Assembly (NCBI RefSeq): GCF_000143415.4
Contig: NW_003314262.1
Span: 5,535,876 to 5,599,875, forward strand
DNA: 64,000 nt
Reading direction: 5' to 3'
Source of the DNA: Selaginella moellendorffii
Lineage: Eukaryota; Plantae; Lycopodiophyta
Shown piece by piece: positions 54,572-64,000 of this stretch. Positions within the stretch are counted from its first letter, which is position 1. Every line of letters starts with the position of its first letter. A program made the position numbers and the translations under genes. The notes under the pieces are model-generated. The model searched no databases, was not told the origin of the DNA, and worked only from the letters and a program-made list of their open reading frames with translations.

Positions 54572-54645
54572 CGCTAGAGGGAGGGGTCGAACCTCCGACC
54601 TTGCGGTTAACAGCCGCACGCTCTGACCATCTGAGCTACTCCAGC
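54572..54645 (-). tRNA. tRNA-Asn(GTT)
   Basis: GCTGGAGTAGCTCAGATGGTCAGAGCGTGCGGCTGTTAACCGCAAGGTCGGAGGTTCGACCCCTCCCTCTAGCG. Confidence 0.95.
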
Positions 54646-54907
54646 TTTACATTAGTTAACTGTCTTATTCACTTTAATTGCTTATATACTTCGCAAGATC
54701 TTCCGAATATTCTCAAAATATTCCTGTAGTTCGTTGAGTGTTTACCTTGGATCATCACATCACTCTCGATCACATCCTGTGTCAATCCACAATGCCGCCC
54801 CAGAAACCATGCCCCGGTGCCAGTGATTCCCAATGGAGAGCACTCGAGCGAGGAGATGGAGAAAAACTTTAGGGTTCTCAACATTAGGGCTCTTGGGATT
54901 GGAGGGA

Positions 54908-55378
54908 ATGGGAGAGGGCGATGGCGATCTGGAGGCTCTGGAGGAGGAGGTGAGAGAGATGGACGCGCGCGTCAAGAGAATGCGCAGCCAAGGCCCCGCC
55001 AGGTTTAAATCTTTGCTCCAGGAGCATCTTGTCACGCTCCGGCCCCCTCCAACGCTAGAGCCGCCGCTACACACGCCATATCTCGATGGAGTAAATGGTC
55101 AGTACATAGCTAGCTTCTCATTCCTCCTGATTGAGTGAGAGAAGAATGTCTGGAAATTCGCAGGTGATTTGTCTGCGATCCAGACGAGACGGTTGGAGGC
55201 TCTCAATTCGCTTCCCGGATTGTTGGAGCGCATCAACAAATGCACGGATGATCTCTCCGCCACTCTCGCCAAGCTCAAGCACAAGCGATCTTACGACCTG
55301 GTTTTCGAGCTGCCGCATCCAACACTACCCGAGGAGGATGGCGATGGCAGCCTCGCCAGTCGATTCTTTCCAACTTAG
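54908..55378 (+). CDS. Small coiled-coil protein of uncertain function
   Basis: Two exons (intron 55098-55163): MGEGDGDLEALEEEVREMDARVKRMRSQGP..LRPPP..|..LNSLPGLLERINKCTDDL..*; telo-box upstream. Confidence 0.65.
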
Positions 55379-55858
55379 CCGCCGTCTCTCTCTCCTGTAC
55401 AAACAAGGAAGAACAGCACAGCGAATTCATCAACAGGGACAGGAAGAACCAACAGACACAAGAAAATTACTATACTACCACCTCGTCGGCATTAATTTGC
55501 TTGTATCCTTCTGACTTGTAAGTGTTCACTCGTTTGTAACATTCGGTTTCTGTCCGTCCATTGAATGTTTATCAATCAGCCTCTGTGTTTGCTGATCACA
55601 ACTTCAATCTAGCTCTGAAGGTCCGGGATTGATCCAGCTTCCACTCGATAAGAAATGCCCTTTCAGCTTCCCAGCCTGCAAATGTAACAAGACTTAAGTG
55701 AAAAGAAGAAATGCCCTTTCCAAGCGAGCGAGCAATTGGTACCAGCAAAAACTCCGCTTCAAGAACAGCAAAGAACAACAGCTTCTCAGTCACAAGTTCC
55801 CAAAGAAAATGCTACTGCTAGTTAATTTTTAGTCGAAATTACAATTAATTATTGTAAA

Positions 55859-55932
55859 GCTTGAGTAGCTCAGATGGTCAGAGCGTGCGGCTGTTAACCG
55901 CAAGGTCGGAGGTTCGACCCCTCCCTCAAGCG
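55859..55932 (+). tRNA. tRNA-Asn(GTT)
   Basis: Identical to the minus-strand copy except the 4:69 pair (GCTTGAG/CTCAAGC). Confidence 0.95.
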
Positions 55933-56302
55933 AATAAAGAGGCATTTCAATCCTTGAGAAGGGCTTTTGGGAGATAAGTGATCTCTTGTGCCAGCGTTGC
56001 TGCATTATCCATCCGACTTGGAGCTCCGGGAACTTCTATTGCTGTCGGAATCAGTTTGCGCAGCTCCGCGAGCCATGACGAAGACGTGAGAATCGGGCTA
56101 GCTGAGGAGATTTCAAGATCGTAAAACCAGTAAAACTTTTTACCTCGTAACCAAACCGAGATGATAATGGTGCTCTTCCGGTTCCGTTGTCAGCTGACAT
56201 GGCTGGTTTTCTCGAGCCGAGCGTCACAACACTTGGAATCTCCACGACTACAGCTCTCCACCTTTAAAACGTTTCGAGCGGCCAGCGCAACGATCACTAC
56301 CG

Positions 56303-56689
56303 ATGGCAGAGCTGGACTCGAGAATGAAGGCCGTGAAGAAACTCCCATCCACCGGCGGCGGATCGTCGGGGCAGCAGCAGCACAGCTCCAAGAAGAAGCT
56401 CAAGGCGCTCCAGGGCGACTCGTACAAGATCTACATCTACAAGGTACTCAAGCAAGTCCACCCGGACATCAGCATCTCGATCAAAGCCATGAACATCATG
56501 AACAGCCTGGTCCATGATATGTTCGAGCGGCTGTCCACCGAGGCCGGGCGGCTGGCTCGATACAGCAACAAGCCCACCATTCAGAGCCGCGAGGTCCAGG
56601 CCTCGGTCAGGCTCATCTTCCCTGGCGAGCTCGCAAAGCACGCAATCTCCGAGGGAACCAAGGCTGTCACCAAGTATGTGAGCTCCTGA
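56303..56689 (+). CDS. H2B: Divergent histone H2B variant
   Basis: Intronless, 128 aa; [38 protein letters not shown]; atypical N-tail. Confidence 0.95.
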   Translation: MAELDSRMKAVKKLPSTGGGSSGQQQHSSKKKLKALQGDSYKIYIYKVLKQVHPDISISIKAMNIMNSLVHDMFERLSTEAGRLARYSNKPTIQSREVQASVRLIFPGELAKHAISEGTKAVTKYVSS

Positions 56690-56697
56690 CCGGGACG

Positions 56698-57045
56698 ATG
56701 ATGGCTTTTCAGGCATTACGCTGCGAAGATCCTGTTAGAAACCACAAAGCTTATGATAGCAACGTACCTCCCTTTGTGCAAATTTCCAGAGATCTAGGAA
56801 AAATGAGAAGCTATACTGACCATGTACTCCATCGGCGTCTCCACGAGTTCTGGCCTGGATCCAAATTTCCAGACTTCTCGTGTTCTTTCTTTCTTTTGAT
56901 CAAGAGGAATGAGAAGAGCTATACTGACCGTTTACTCCATCGAAGTGTTGCGTGGATCCAGCGTTGGAGGGGCCGGAGCTTGACAAAGAGCTCGCGAGGC
57001 CTCGCATTGCGAGCGTCCATCTCCAGATCGTCATCGCCTCCTCGC
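56698..57045 (-). pseudogene. Relics of the GH17 3' end (56698-56780) and inverted pieces of the coiled-coil gene (56800-57045)
   Basis: 56698-56780 matches 52045-52125; 56800-57045 matches the reverse complement of 54915-55130. Confidence 0.8.
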
Positions 57046-57234
57046 TACCACCCCATGACTCGAGAGCCGGAGAAGATGCTGCCCTAGGGCGCCGAGATCG
57101 TCGTCTACGAGCCTTGCGTTGTGGAGAGCGGGATTCTTCGCCTAGGTACGTGCCTGCGGATTTCCAATCCGGCAGCACTTCAAGTTTGTCACGCTGCTCG
57201 TCTTTGCAAGATTCCCGGACGATCCAGACGCACT

Positions 57235-58383
57235 AAGCAAGGATTTCTCGCAGCGGAACTTCGCCACGGCAGTGGAGCTCTATATACAAGCGTTAAAAAC
57301 TCTCACGGAGCGAGGAAGATCGATTCGTGAGACTCTCCAGTCGAGCGGAGTGCCTTGTGGTTCCAGTTGGGATGGGCTCACAAGGCTCTCGAGGACGCTG
57401 AGAGCGCGCTGGATCTCCGGGCTGGAAACGAGAGGAGCCTCCTCCCGAAAATTTGAGCACTATGGAAGCTCCGGCAGTACGGTCGTGCGGAAGCTTGCCT
57501 GGAAGAGAGCCTGAAAGCCCGATCACTCCAGCGTTTGTTGGAGGAAGCCAGGATCTTCAGGGAGCAGAGCGAGTCCGGCCTTCGCGATCTTTCCAAGTTT
57601 CTCACGGGAGGCTGTAGCAAGCAAAGTCCTCCAAACGTTGCGGAGTTCGTCGGTCCCGTTTGAGTCGAGGTGACGAAGAACGGGCGTGCGAGGGGGATCT
57701 TCACGACGACGGATGTCCGTCAGGGGGATTTGCTCATCGTCTCGGTTAGAGTTCCACTCACGCGGGACATGCGAGAGAAGATGGATCAAGGAGACAACAA
57801 GACGGAGCTCCTCGCCAGCCTTCTCCAGGTGTGCTTGGCATCTCCAAGAACTCTACGGCATAGCATGGCCGAGGCCGCGATGGATCAGTTGTCTATGCGG
57901 CCTTCTCCCAGCAAGCTGGTGGACAAGGAAGATCCGAGCATGGATCAAATGAACATGCGCAGACCAGTTGCAACAGAAGAGCTCGAGTTTGATGTGATGA
58001 GGATCCGAAACATCCTGGGCTGCTCCACGGAGTTCGTTCTCTCCGAAAACTACAGCGACGAGTTCGTGGGGTTCTGGACGCTGCCAGCCTTCATCAATCA
58101 CTGCCTGCCCAACGTGAGCATGCGCAAGTTCGGAAAGTCCATGTTCGTGTACGCTGCTCGCGACATGGAATCCGGAAGCGCGGTCGTATGGCTACGCGCT
58201 GTGGCCACGGGTGGTGAGAAGGTCGACGACTGCCACTGCCAGAGGTGCCATCTTGAGAAGAAGCTCGGGGAGCCGCTGTGGGGGATCACTAACAAGTTTA
58301 TGGAGCTTCTGGCAGACGAGAGGCTAACGATAGAGCAGTGTGGAGATTACATCCAAGTGGCCGTGGATCTGAAGAGGTGTTGA
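57235..58383 (+). pseudogene. TPR plus SET-domain (ATXR1/SDG35-like) pseudogene
   Basis: NFATAVELYIQAL (TPR), AEFVGPV* (TGA at 57661), RGIFTTTDVRQGDLL, GFWTLPAFINH-CLPN, VYAARDM, CHCQRC. Confidence 0.75.
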
Positions 58384-58618
58384 GCTCGCAGGAAGGTATG
58401 GATCCGAGCTTCACATCCACCTTTCTTACTTTGGATGTCGAGCAGAGGCAGAACTAGCGGACGGAGGAGGAGCTGCAATGCTTGATGAAATACTCTAGGG
58501 ACTGCATGACATTGCTCCATGTCGATGGTTTACTGAGGTTTGGTTAAAAGGAAATCTGTGCCAACATTTTAATCCTGTAAAGAGAAATTAGTTTAGGGTT
58601 CTAAGTGTGTGCAAATAT

Positions 58619-59464
58619 TGTTTAGTTTGCTTAATAATAGTGTTATTCCTATTTCATACAGCAGTAGTGTTATTTTTATTTATTAATTTAATTGATCAAA
58701 TGAAAGTTTATAATTATAAACATGTTTATAATTTATAACTATAATATTAATCTTAACCATTAGATAGTAGAATAAACTAGAATATACTAGAAAGTTTCAG
58801 GAAAGTTTATAAATTACTAAAATGTTTAAAAATTATAAATACAAAACTAATTTAAATGAATATTAACCATTAGATTGTAGAATATCTTAAAATATCCAAG
58901 AATATTCTAGGTATATTCACTACCATCTCAATCTTGTGTATTGCTACATCAAAAACAATAACACTGAGTCCTTTTACAATTTTACTTAAGCAAACCAAAA
59001 ATATAAAATTATAGCAATAATAATCATTCTAAATTATTCTACCAAGTAGTATCTTCTTAGTGTGGTAGCTAATTAATTAAGTTTAAGATTTTTGTATATC
59101 TAATATTAGTGACACTTTTTCTATGTGTTATTAATAATATTTTATTCACTAACACGTTTATTGGTTTTCTTAAGCAAAATCTGTAGGGGAGTGGGTGGTT
59201 AAACTATGTTTGAATATTCTAGGATTCTACCATTTAATGGTTTTTATCAAATTAGATTAATCTTGTATTTATAATTTATAAACATATTTATAATTTATAA
59301 AATTTCCTAAACACTTCCTAGTGTTTTTTCTACCATCTAATGGTTAATGCTCAATAATTTTAATGTTGTGTTTATAAATTATAAACATGTTTATAATTAT
59401 AAACTTCCATTAGCTAAATTGAACTCATAAATAAGAATAACACTACTATAAAGCAAACTAAACA
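58619..59464. mobile_element. AT-rich foldback/MITE with long terminal inverted repeats
   Basis: Ends tgtttagtttgctt / aagcaaactaaaca; arms ~58619-58910 and ~59210-59464 are degenerate reverse complements. Confidence 0.75.
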
Positions 59465-59777
59465 TTTCTACATGCAACACATAGCAAATTATATTTGTTA
59501 AATTGTTTCTTGATTATTTCTGTTTCTTAGTTTATAATTTATTATTATTAATTTTTCTGTGTTATAATAAACAAAAGTAGGCAATTCTACCTTTTTTAAC
59601 TATAATATTTTGAAAAAGAAAGTGGGCATTCTAAGTAATTTTGAAATATAATACTGCAATACCAATAAAGTATTTAATTCAAAACTAAGTAGAATATTGA
59701 CCTTATTTTTTATTTTAATATAAGAAAAATAAATGAATTACATAATTTATATTAACTTTTTTTTAATATTTTAATAT

Positions 59778-61984
59778 TGTGAGTGCTCAAGATATAGGAA
59801 TAGGTATTTTAATTTGGATTTAGATCCTTGATTATATAAGAAGAATAGATGAACCAAATTCAATCCCTAAATGGACGGTCTATATATTATAGTATTGTAT
59901 TACCTAACCAAGGTAATATATGTATTTACAAACCTTACACTATCCTCCCCTCCGAAATATAAAAAGGTGATGGCAATAACTCAAGTGGAACATTTGAAAC
60001 TTCTAATGGACAATTATAAACTATTATAAAAATTTGAAGCTTTCATAAAACCATCAATAAAATTGTTGAAAACTATGATTGAAATAAAAGCCATGGTATA
60101 AGCATCATTCAACTATGGAATCTTAGTGAATCAATTGCAACTCTATATATAACTCTTAAATGTTCAAATCAACTACACAACCATAATTTTGAATCAAAAC
60201 AAGGGACTTTGACAATCTATAGAGCACTATTGTAGCAAACAATACATCCTGTCTCTAAGTTTGTCTATTGATGATCCTCCAAGACCACCATTAACTTAAA
60301 TTTAGAATTATAACTAAAACAACCATTATTGTCATTTAGCACTGCATATAAAAGGTTAAATTCACTCTATTCATCTTCCATATCTTCCTTATCCCTTTCT
60401 CAAAAGAAAAAATGTTCTAAAACACTATCTTTGTTTGCACTCATTATGTTTGTTTTTACTTTACCATCTATATTTAGCCTCACTCCACTATCTTATCTAT
60501 TCGACATTATTACATTAGGGTCAAATGTTCCATTCGGACTCATCCTTACTCTACAATCCATGTCACTCATCTTCATTCCACTAATGTATTCATTTTTCCT
60601 CACTCCATCATCGAGGCAAGATTCCTGTCCATCCCCTCTACCCCTCCAAAAAAAAAAAAGTTAAAAGTATTGGGGTAGAAAAGAAAAAATGAGAAAAATT
60701 GAGGAAAAACAAATGTGGAAGAAGGAAAAGTGGATAAAAAAGCATCGAAAGACAAATTTATAACAATTGGCCATGCAAAAATAGGGAAATCAAAAAAAGG
60801 ATATATATTTAAAGCTTGGAAAATAAGGGACTTTCTATTATAAAATACTTCGGCCACCACAATATAAACAAAAGATTCATAACTTTATTAACACACAACT
60901 CAACTCAACACTTAAGACGAGAAAATCAATAATAATGTCCACACTCTCAAGAGAATATATAAATTCTTTAGCATCAATAGTAAAGCAAAGGCTCTCAATA
61001 ACACTCATAAGTGGGGACATACATTTGAAACTCTAGCCAAAGTGACACAACCGTTAGAACAAAGAAATACTCAATACTAGAATTGATTAAAGGCTTTACC
61101 AATGAAATAAAAGCAAGATTCTTAACTTCATGCACATACTTAACATTTAGATTAATATGAGGAAGACAGAAAACACTCAACTCAATACTAGATTAAGAAT
61201 GAGAATCATAAGAATCATAAATGAGTAACATATCAGAAGAAGAAAACATTACAAATAAAGAAGCAATACTAGGAACATGAGAAGGCAACTCAGGCTCAGG
61301 CTGAGAAATAAGAAAAAGTTGGGAAAGAGTAAAAGGTAAAGAAAAAGGATTAGATGGCAGATTTAAAATTTGACACCTACTTTGTGAAATCTCCACGTCA
61401 TCTCCAAAGTTATCTCCATAATAATCAAGTTCGTCAAAATAATCTAAAATTGAGCTCATACACATCATCTTCTTATAAACTTAGTCCTCGAATATTCTCC
61501 AAGAATCAGACTACATCATCCATAGCTCGCCAATCAATGTCACAAGTCACAATCATGCTCCACATCAACAAAAGATGGCAAAACACTAAAAATAGGACAA
61601 ACTGTGTAATCATCTCCAATGAAAGTTGGAAATGGCAACATGCCAAGGATGAGCCAGCATTAATAACTAAAATTCTAGATCTTGCAAAAAGATAATATAA
61701 ATTTAAATCTAAAAGAGAATGAAGAAATAAGAACAAAAAGCATAATCCTAAACATTAATGCAAAGCACTACTAAAAAAACTTTTCCCTTCAAAGATAAAT
61801 TGTAATGCCTTTCATCCACCAATGTAAATGTTTGGGATATAGGAATAAATACATTAATTAAAGTTTAAACCTCTGCCTTATATATAAGAATGGATAAACC
61901 AAATTCAATCCCCAAATAAACAGTCTATATACTATAGTATTATAATTAATGTATTACCTAGCTAGGGTAATATATATATTTACA
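59778..61984 (-). mobile_element. Old, internally deleted Ty3/Gypsy-like LTR element
   Basis: Diverged ~160-bp direct repeats (59778-59939, 61823-61984) with TG..CA ends, PBS-like TGGTGGATG next to the right copy, purine tract next to the left copy, gag-knuckle trace CLYCGG at ~60860. Confidence 0.55.
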
Positions 61985-62072
61985 TAAGTAGGTAATTTTA
62001 CTTCCTGTTATTAATTTTATATCCTGTTATTTGCAAAAAGAAAAGTCATTATGTATATAGGATGGTTGATGG

Positions 62073-63401
62073 TCAATTCCCTGCCACCACTGGATTGAAT
62101 TTCCAGGCCTGCTGCTCAAGATATCCTTGGTTTGGAGATGCCGAGCGAAGCACAAGAGGATGATACCACGCACTGTTCTGGTACTGATCGTCGTTCTGCA
62201 GAGCCCACTGCAAGTTGGTTCCATCCAGATTGATCGCGAGATAGTCCGTGTTTGAAGCCTGGAATCGGTTCTCAGACCACACGAAACTGTAATTGAGAGG
62301 ATCATATTGAGTCAAGAGCACCTGCCATGATCATCCAATTCGTTTAGTTTGCGAAATTCTTCAAGTTTTGAACAGTGTACACTAGTTACCTTGTCTCCCG
62401 GCTTGGCTGACCCCTTGAGAGCAAGACCAGTCACCTTGTTTATGAGAACGAACGAGGTGAAGTACGTGGTATCATCTCTTCCTCCAGCAGGAACCTTGTA
62501 CCATGTCTATATGTAATCAAATAGAATGAGATAAGATTACAAAGAACGATGAAAGTACAAACCATGCCGTCGAGAGGAACGTTGTTTGGACTAATAGCCA
62601 CCACGTTTGTCTCATCGTTGTGCTTGACTGCATTCTTGAAAGTTACGTCCACATTTTGCTGCTTCCAAGTCAAGTACTGCCCAAACCAGTGGCATAGAAT
62701 CCTGTACTCTTGAGAAGGCTCTGTGCATCATCACCATATATATGAGCCACAACCAAGAAGAACAATCATATGATTCATGAGCTTACCGTAGGTGACGAGC
62801 TTCCAGTGGGAGTTTTCATTGCTGTTGGATGTCACCACTGGCACCCCATCTTTGAAGCTAGCACTTGAGTAAGTGTGGCTCAGAAAAGATGACTTGTTTA
62901 CAGTCATGGTGATCAAGACTTGATTTTCGTGGCTCCCTGAAATACGCCACAGGAGATAATTGTCTTGGCCTACCGGATCATAGTCTCCAATAGTAGCCTT
63001 TTGCCATCAAAATTCCATATGATCAGCAACCGTGTATGTATGAATACTATTTTTGTGTACCTTGCTTTGAGACGTTGAGTATGCCTGGGACCGGAGAGCT
63101 TTCTTAGAGCCGTGGTTTACAAACACGAACGCGGAGAGGTGACTGATATCCGGGTCCAGGAACTCATCCCTGCCACTGAGTTCCTGGTTCAGCAAGTTCC
63201 ATGACTCATCCCTGTACCACAGCTGCACGAGAGTTTCCCATGATGATTGACAACTGGCAAAGTTTTGAAAGATTTTACCTGGAAGGGATTGAGCGCGTCC
63301 TTGGACTTGAGAACAACCTGGTTGCCTTGCTGCGTAATGCAATAGCCAGGATAAGCAGCAGACTCGATGGTGAAGAACTTTGGAGCTGCTGTGAGAGCCA
63401 T
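62073..63401 (-). CDS. Two-domain Euonymus-lectin (EUL, ricin-B-like) protein
   Basis: Two repeats of the EUL pattern: VVLKSKD..Q|LWYRD..AFVFVNHGSKKAL..YDP..LLW..DGVPVV..WKLVTY and TWYK..SFVLINKVTGLALK..|VLLTQYDP..VWSE..QAWKFNP. Confidence 0.75.
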
Positions 63402-63646
63402 TTCTCTAAACTCTTAAAAGAAAAGACTATAGCTTTGAGAAGCCAAAGGGATGAGTATGAAGTTATAGAGCTCTTTGAACGTATGGCAGCTTTATATAGT
63501 AGCTTATAATTTATACAATTTATATAGTAGCAGCTTCTGTCGCATTATCCCATGTGTTTCATGCTTGCTTACTTTGCCATATTCCATGTGCTTCCTTACT
63601 TTGTGCAGTCAGCACTGCAGTTGAAAGCTTACAGATTTGTACAGCA

Positions 63647-63718
63647 AAGGGGCAACCAGTATTGAACTGGTGACCTATCGGACTGCAGCCGATTGCTCTA
63701 CAACTGAGCTATGCCTCC
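63647..63718 (-). tRNA. tRNA-Cys(GCA), possibly a pseudogene
   Basis: GGAGGCATAGCTCAGTTGTAGAGCAATCGGCTGCAGTCCGATAGGTCACCAGTTCAATACTGGTTGCCCCTT; A3:C70 mismatch and D-loop GG changed to TG. Confidence 0.75.
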
Positions 63719-63818
63719 ATTAACACGCTAATTAACTGCATTTGTTTTAATCTGACAGCCGAGCACTGCTCCTCAAGCCAGGTTTACAGAGAATGTGGGG
63801 AGAAGCTCACTTGATCCA

Positions 63819-63985
63819 TGGGTAGGAACTTTGAGACAGTGGGATTTTGTGCTTGGTCATATGCCAAGCAACAGGTCAGCCCCTCACTGCTCCAAATGGT
63901 GTTGGGGTGGATGGGATGGTCATCACCAATGCTAAAGTTCTTGTTAGAGCCACCACCATTCCATTTGGGAATTGCATACTACAGA
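63819..63985 (+). pseudogene. EXORDIUM/Phi-1 family fragment
   Basis: WVGN.ET..GFCAW and QPLTAPNG-VGVDGMVI..TTIPFGN match the family pattern WVGNSETQCPGQCAWPF..PLVAPNGDVGVDGMVI..TNPFGN, with frameshifts. Confidence 0.65.
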
Positions 63986-64000
63986 TGAGCAAATGTTTGA

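Overview
Gene-dense land-plant nuclear DNA with very short GT-AG introns (mostly 42-170 nt) and GC-rich exons separated by AT-rich transposon-derived blocks. These features fit a compact lycophyte genome such as Selaginella (inference, not verified). Genes from left to right: a PLS-type PPR gene with an N-terminal OSB-type PDF motif, a SpoU/TrmH methyltransferase, a MiAMP1-type antimicrobial peptide, two convergent GH1 beta-glucosidases flanking QCR9, DIM1/YLS8, a class IV HD-Zip, CDT1, two tandem CRINKLY4-like receptor kinases (one frameshifted), a UGT, a GPI-anchored GH17-X8 glucanase preceded by a 47-aa upstream ORF, a small coiled-coil protein, a divergent histone H2B and a two-domain EUL lectin. 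There are four tRNA genes (Gly, Asn x2, Cys-like), a recently inserted non-autonomous Ty3/Gypsy element, an older LTR relic, a pogo-like transposase relic and MITE/foldback elements. Two zones (about 4-21 kb and 50-58 kb) are mosaics of deletion-riddled copies of neighbouring genes, including two independent cases of a duplicated convergent gene pair with reciprocal loss. Best novelty candidates: the PDF-PPR fusion, the uORF micro-protein, the H2B.S-like histone and a candidate young MIRNA hairpin. All calls are by eye and from motif memory; no searches were run, and repeat and pseudogene boundaries are approximate.
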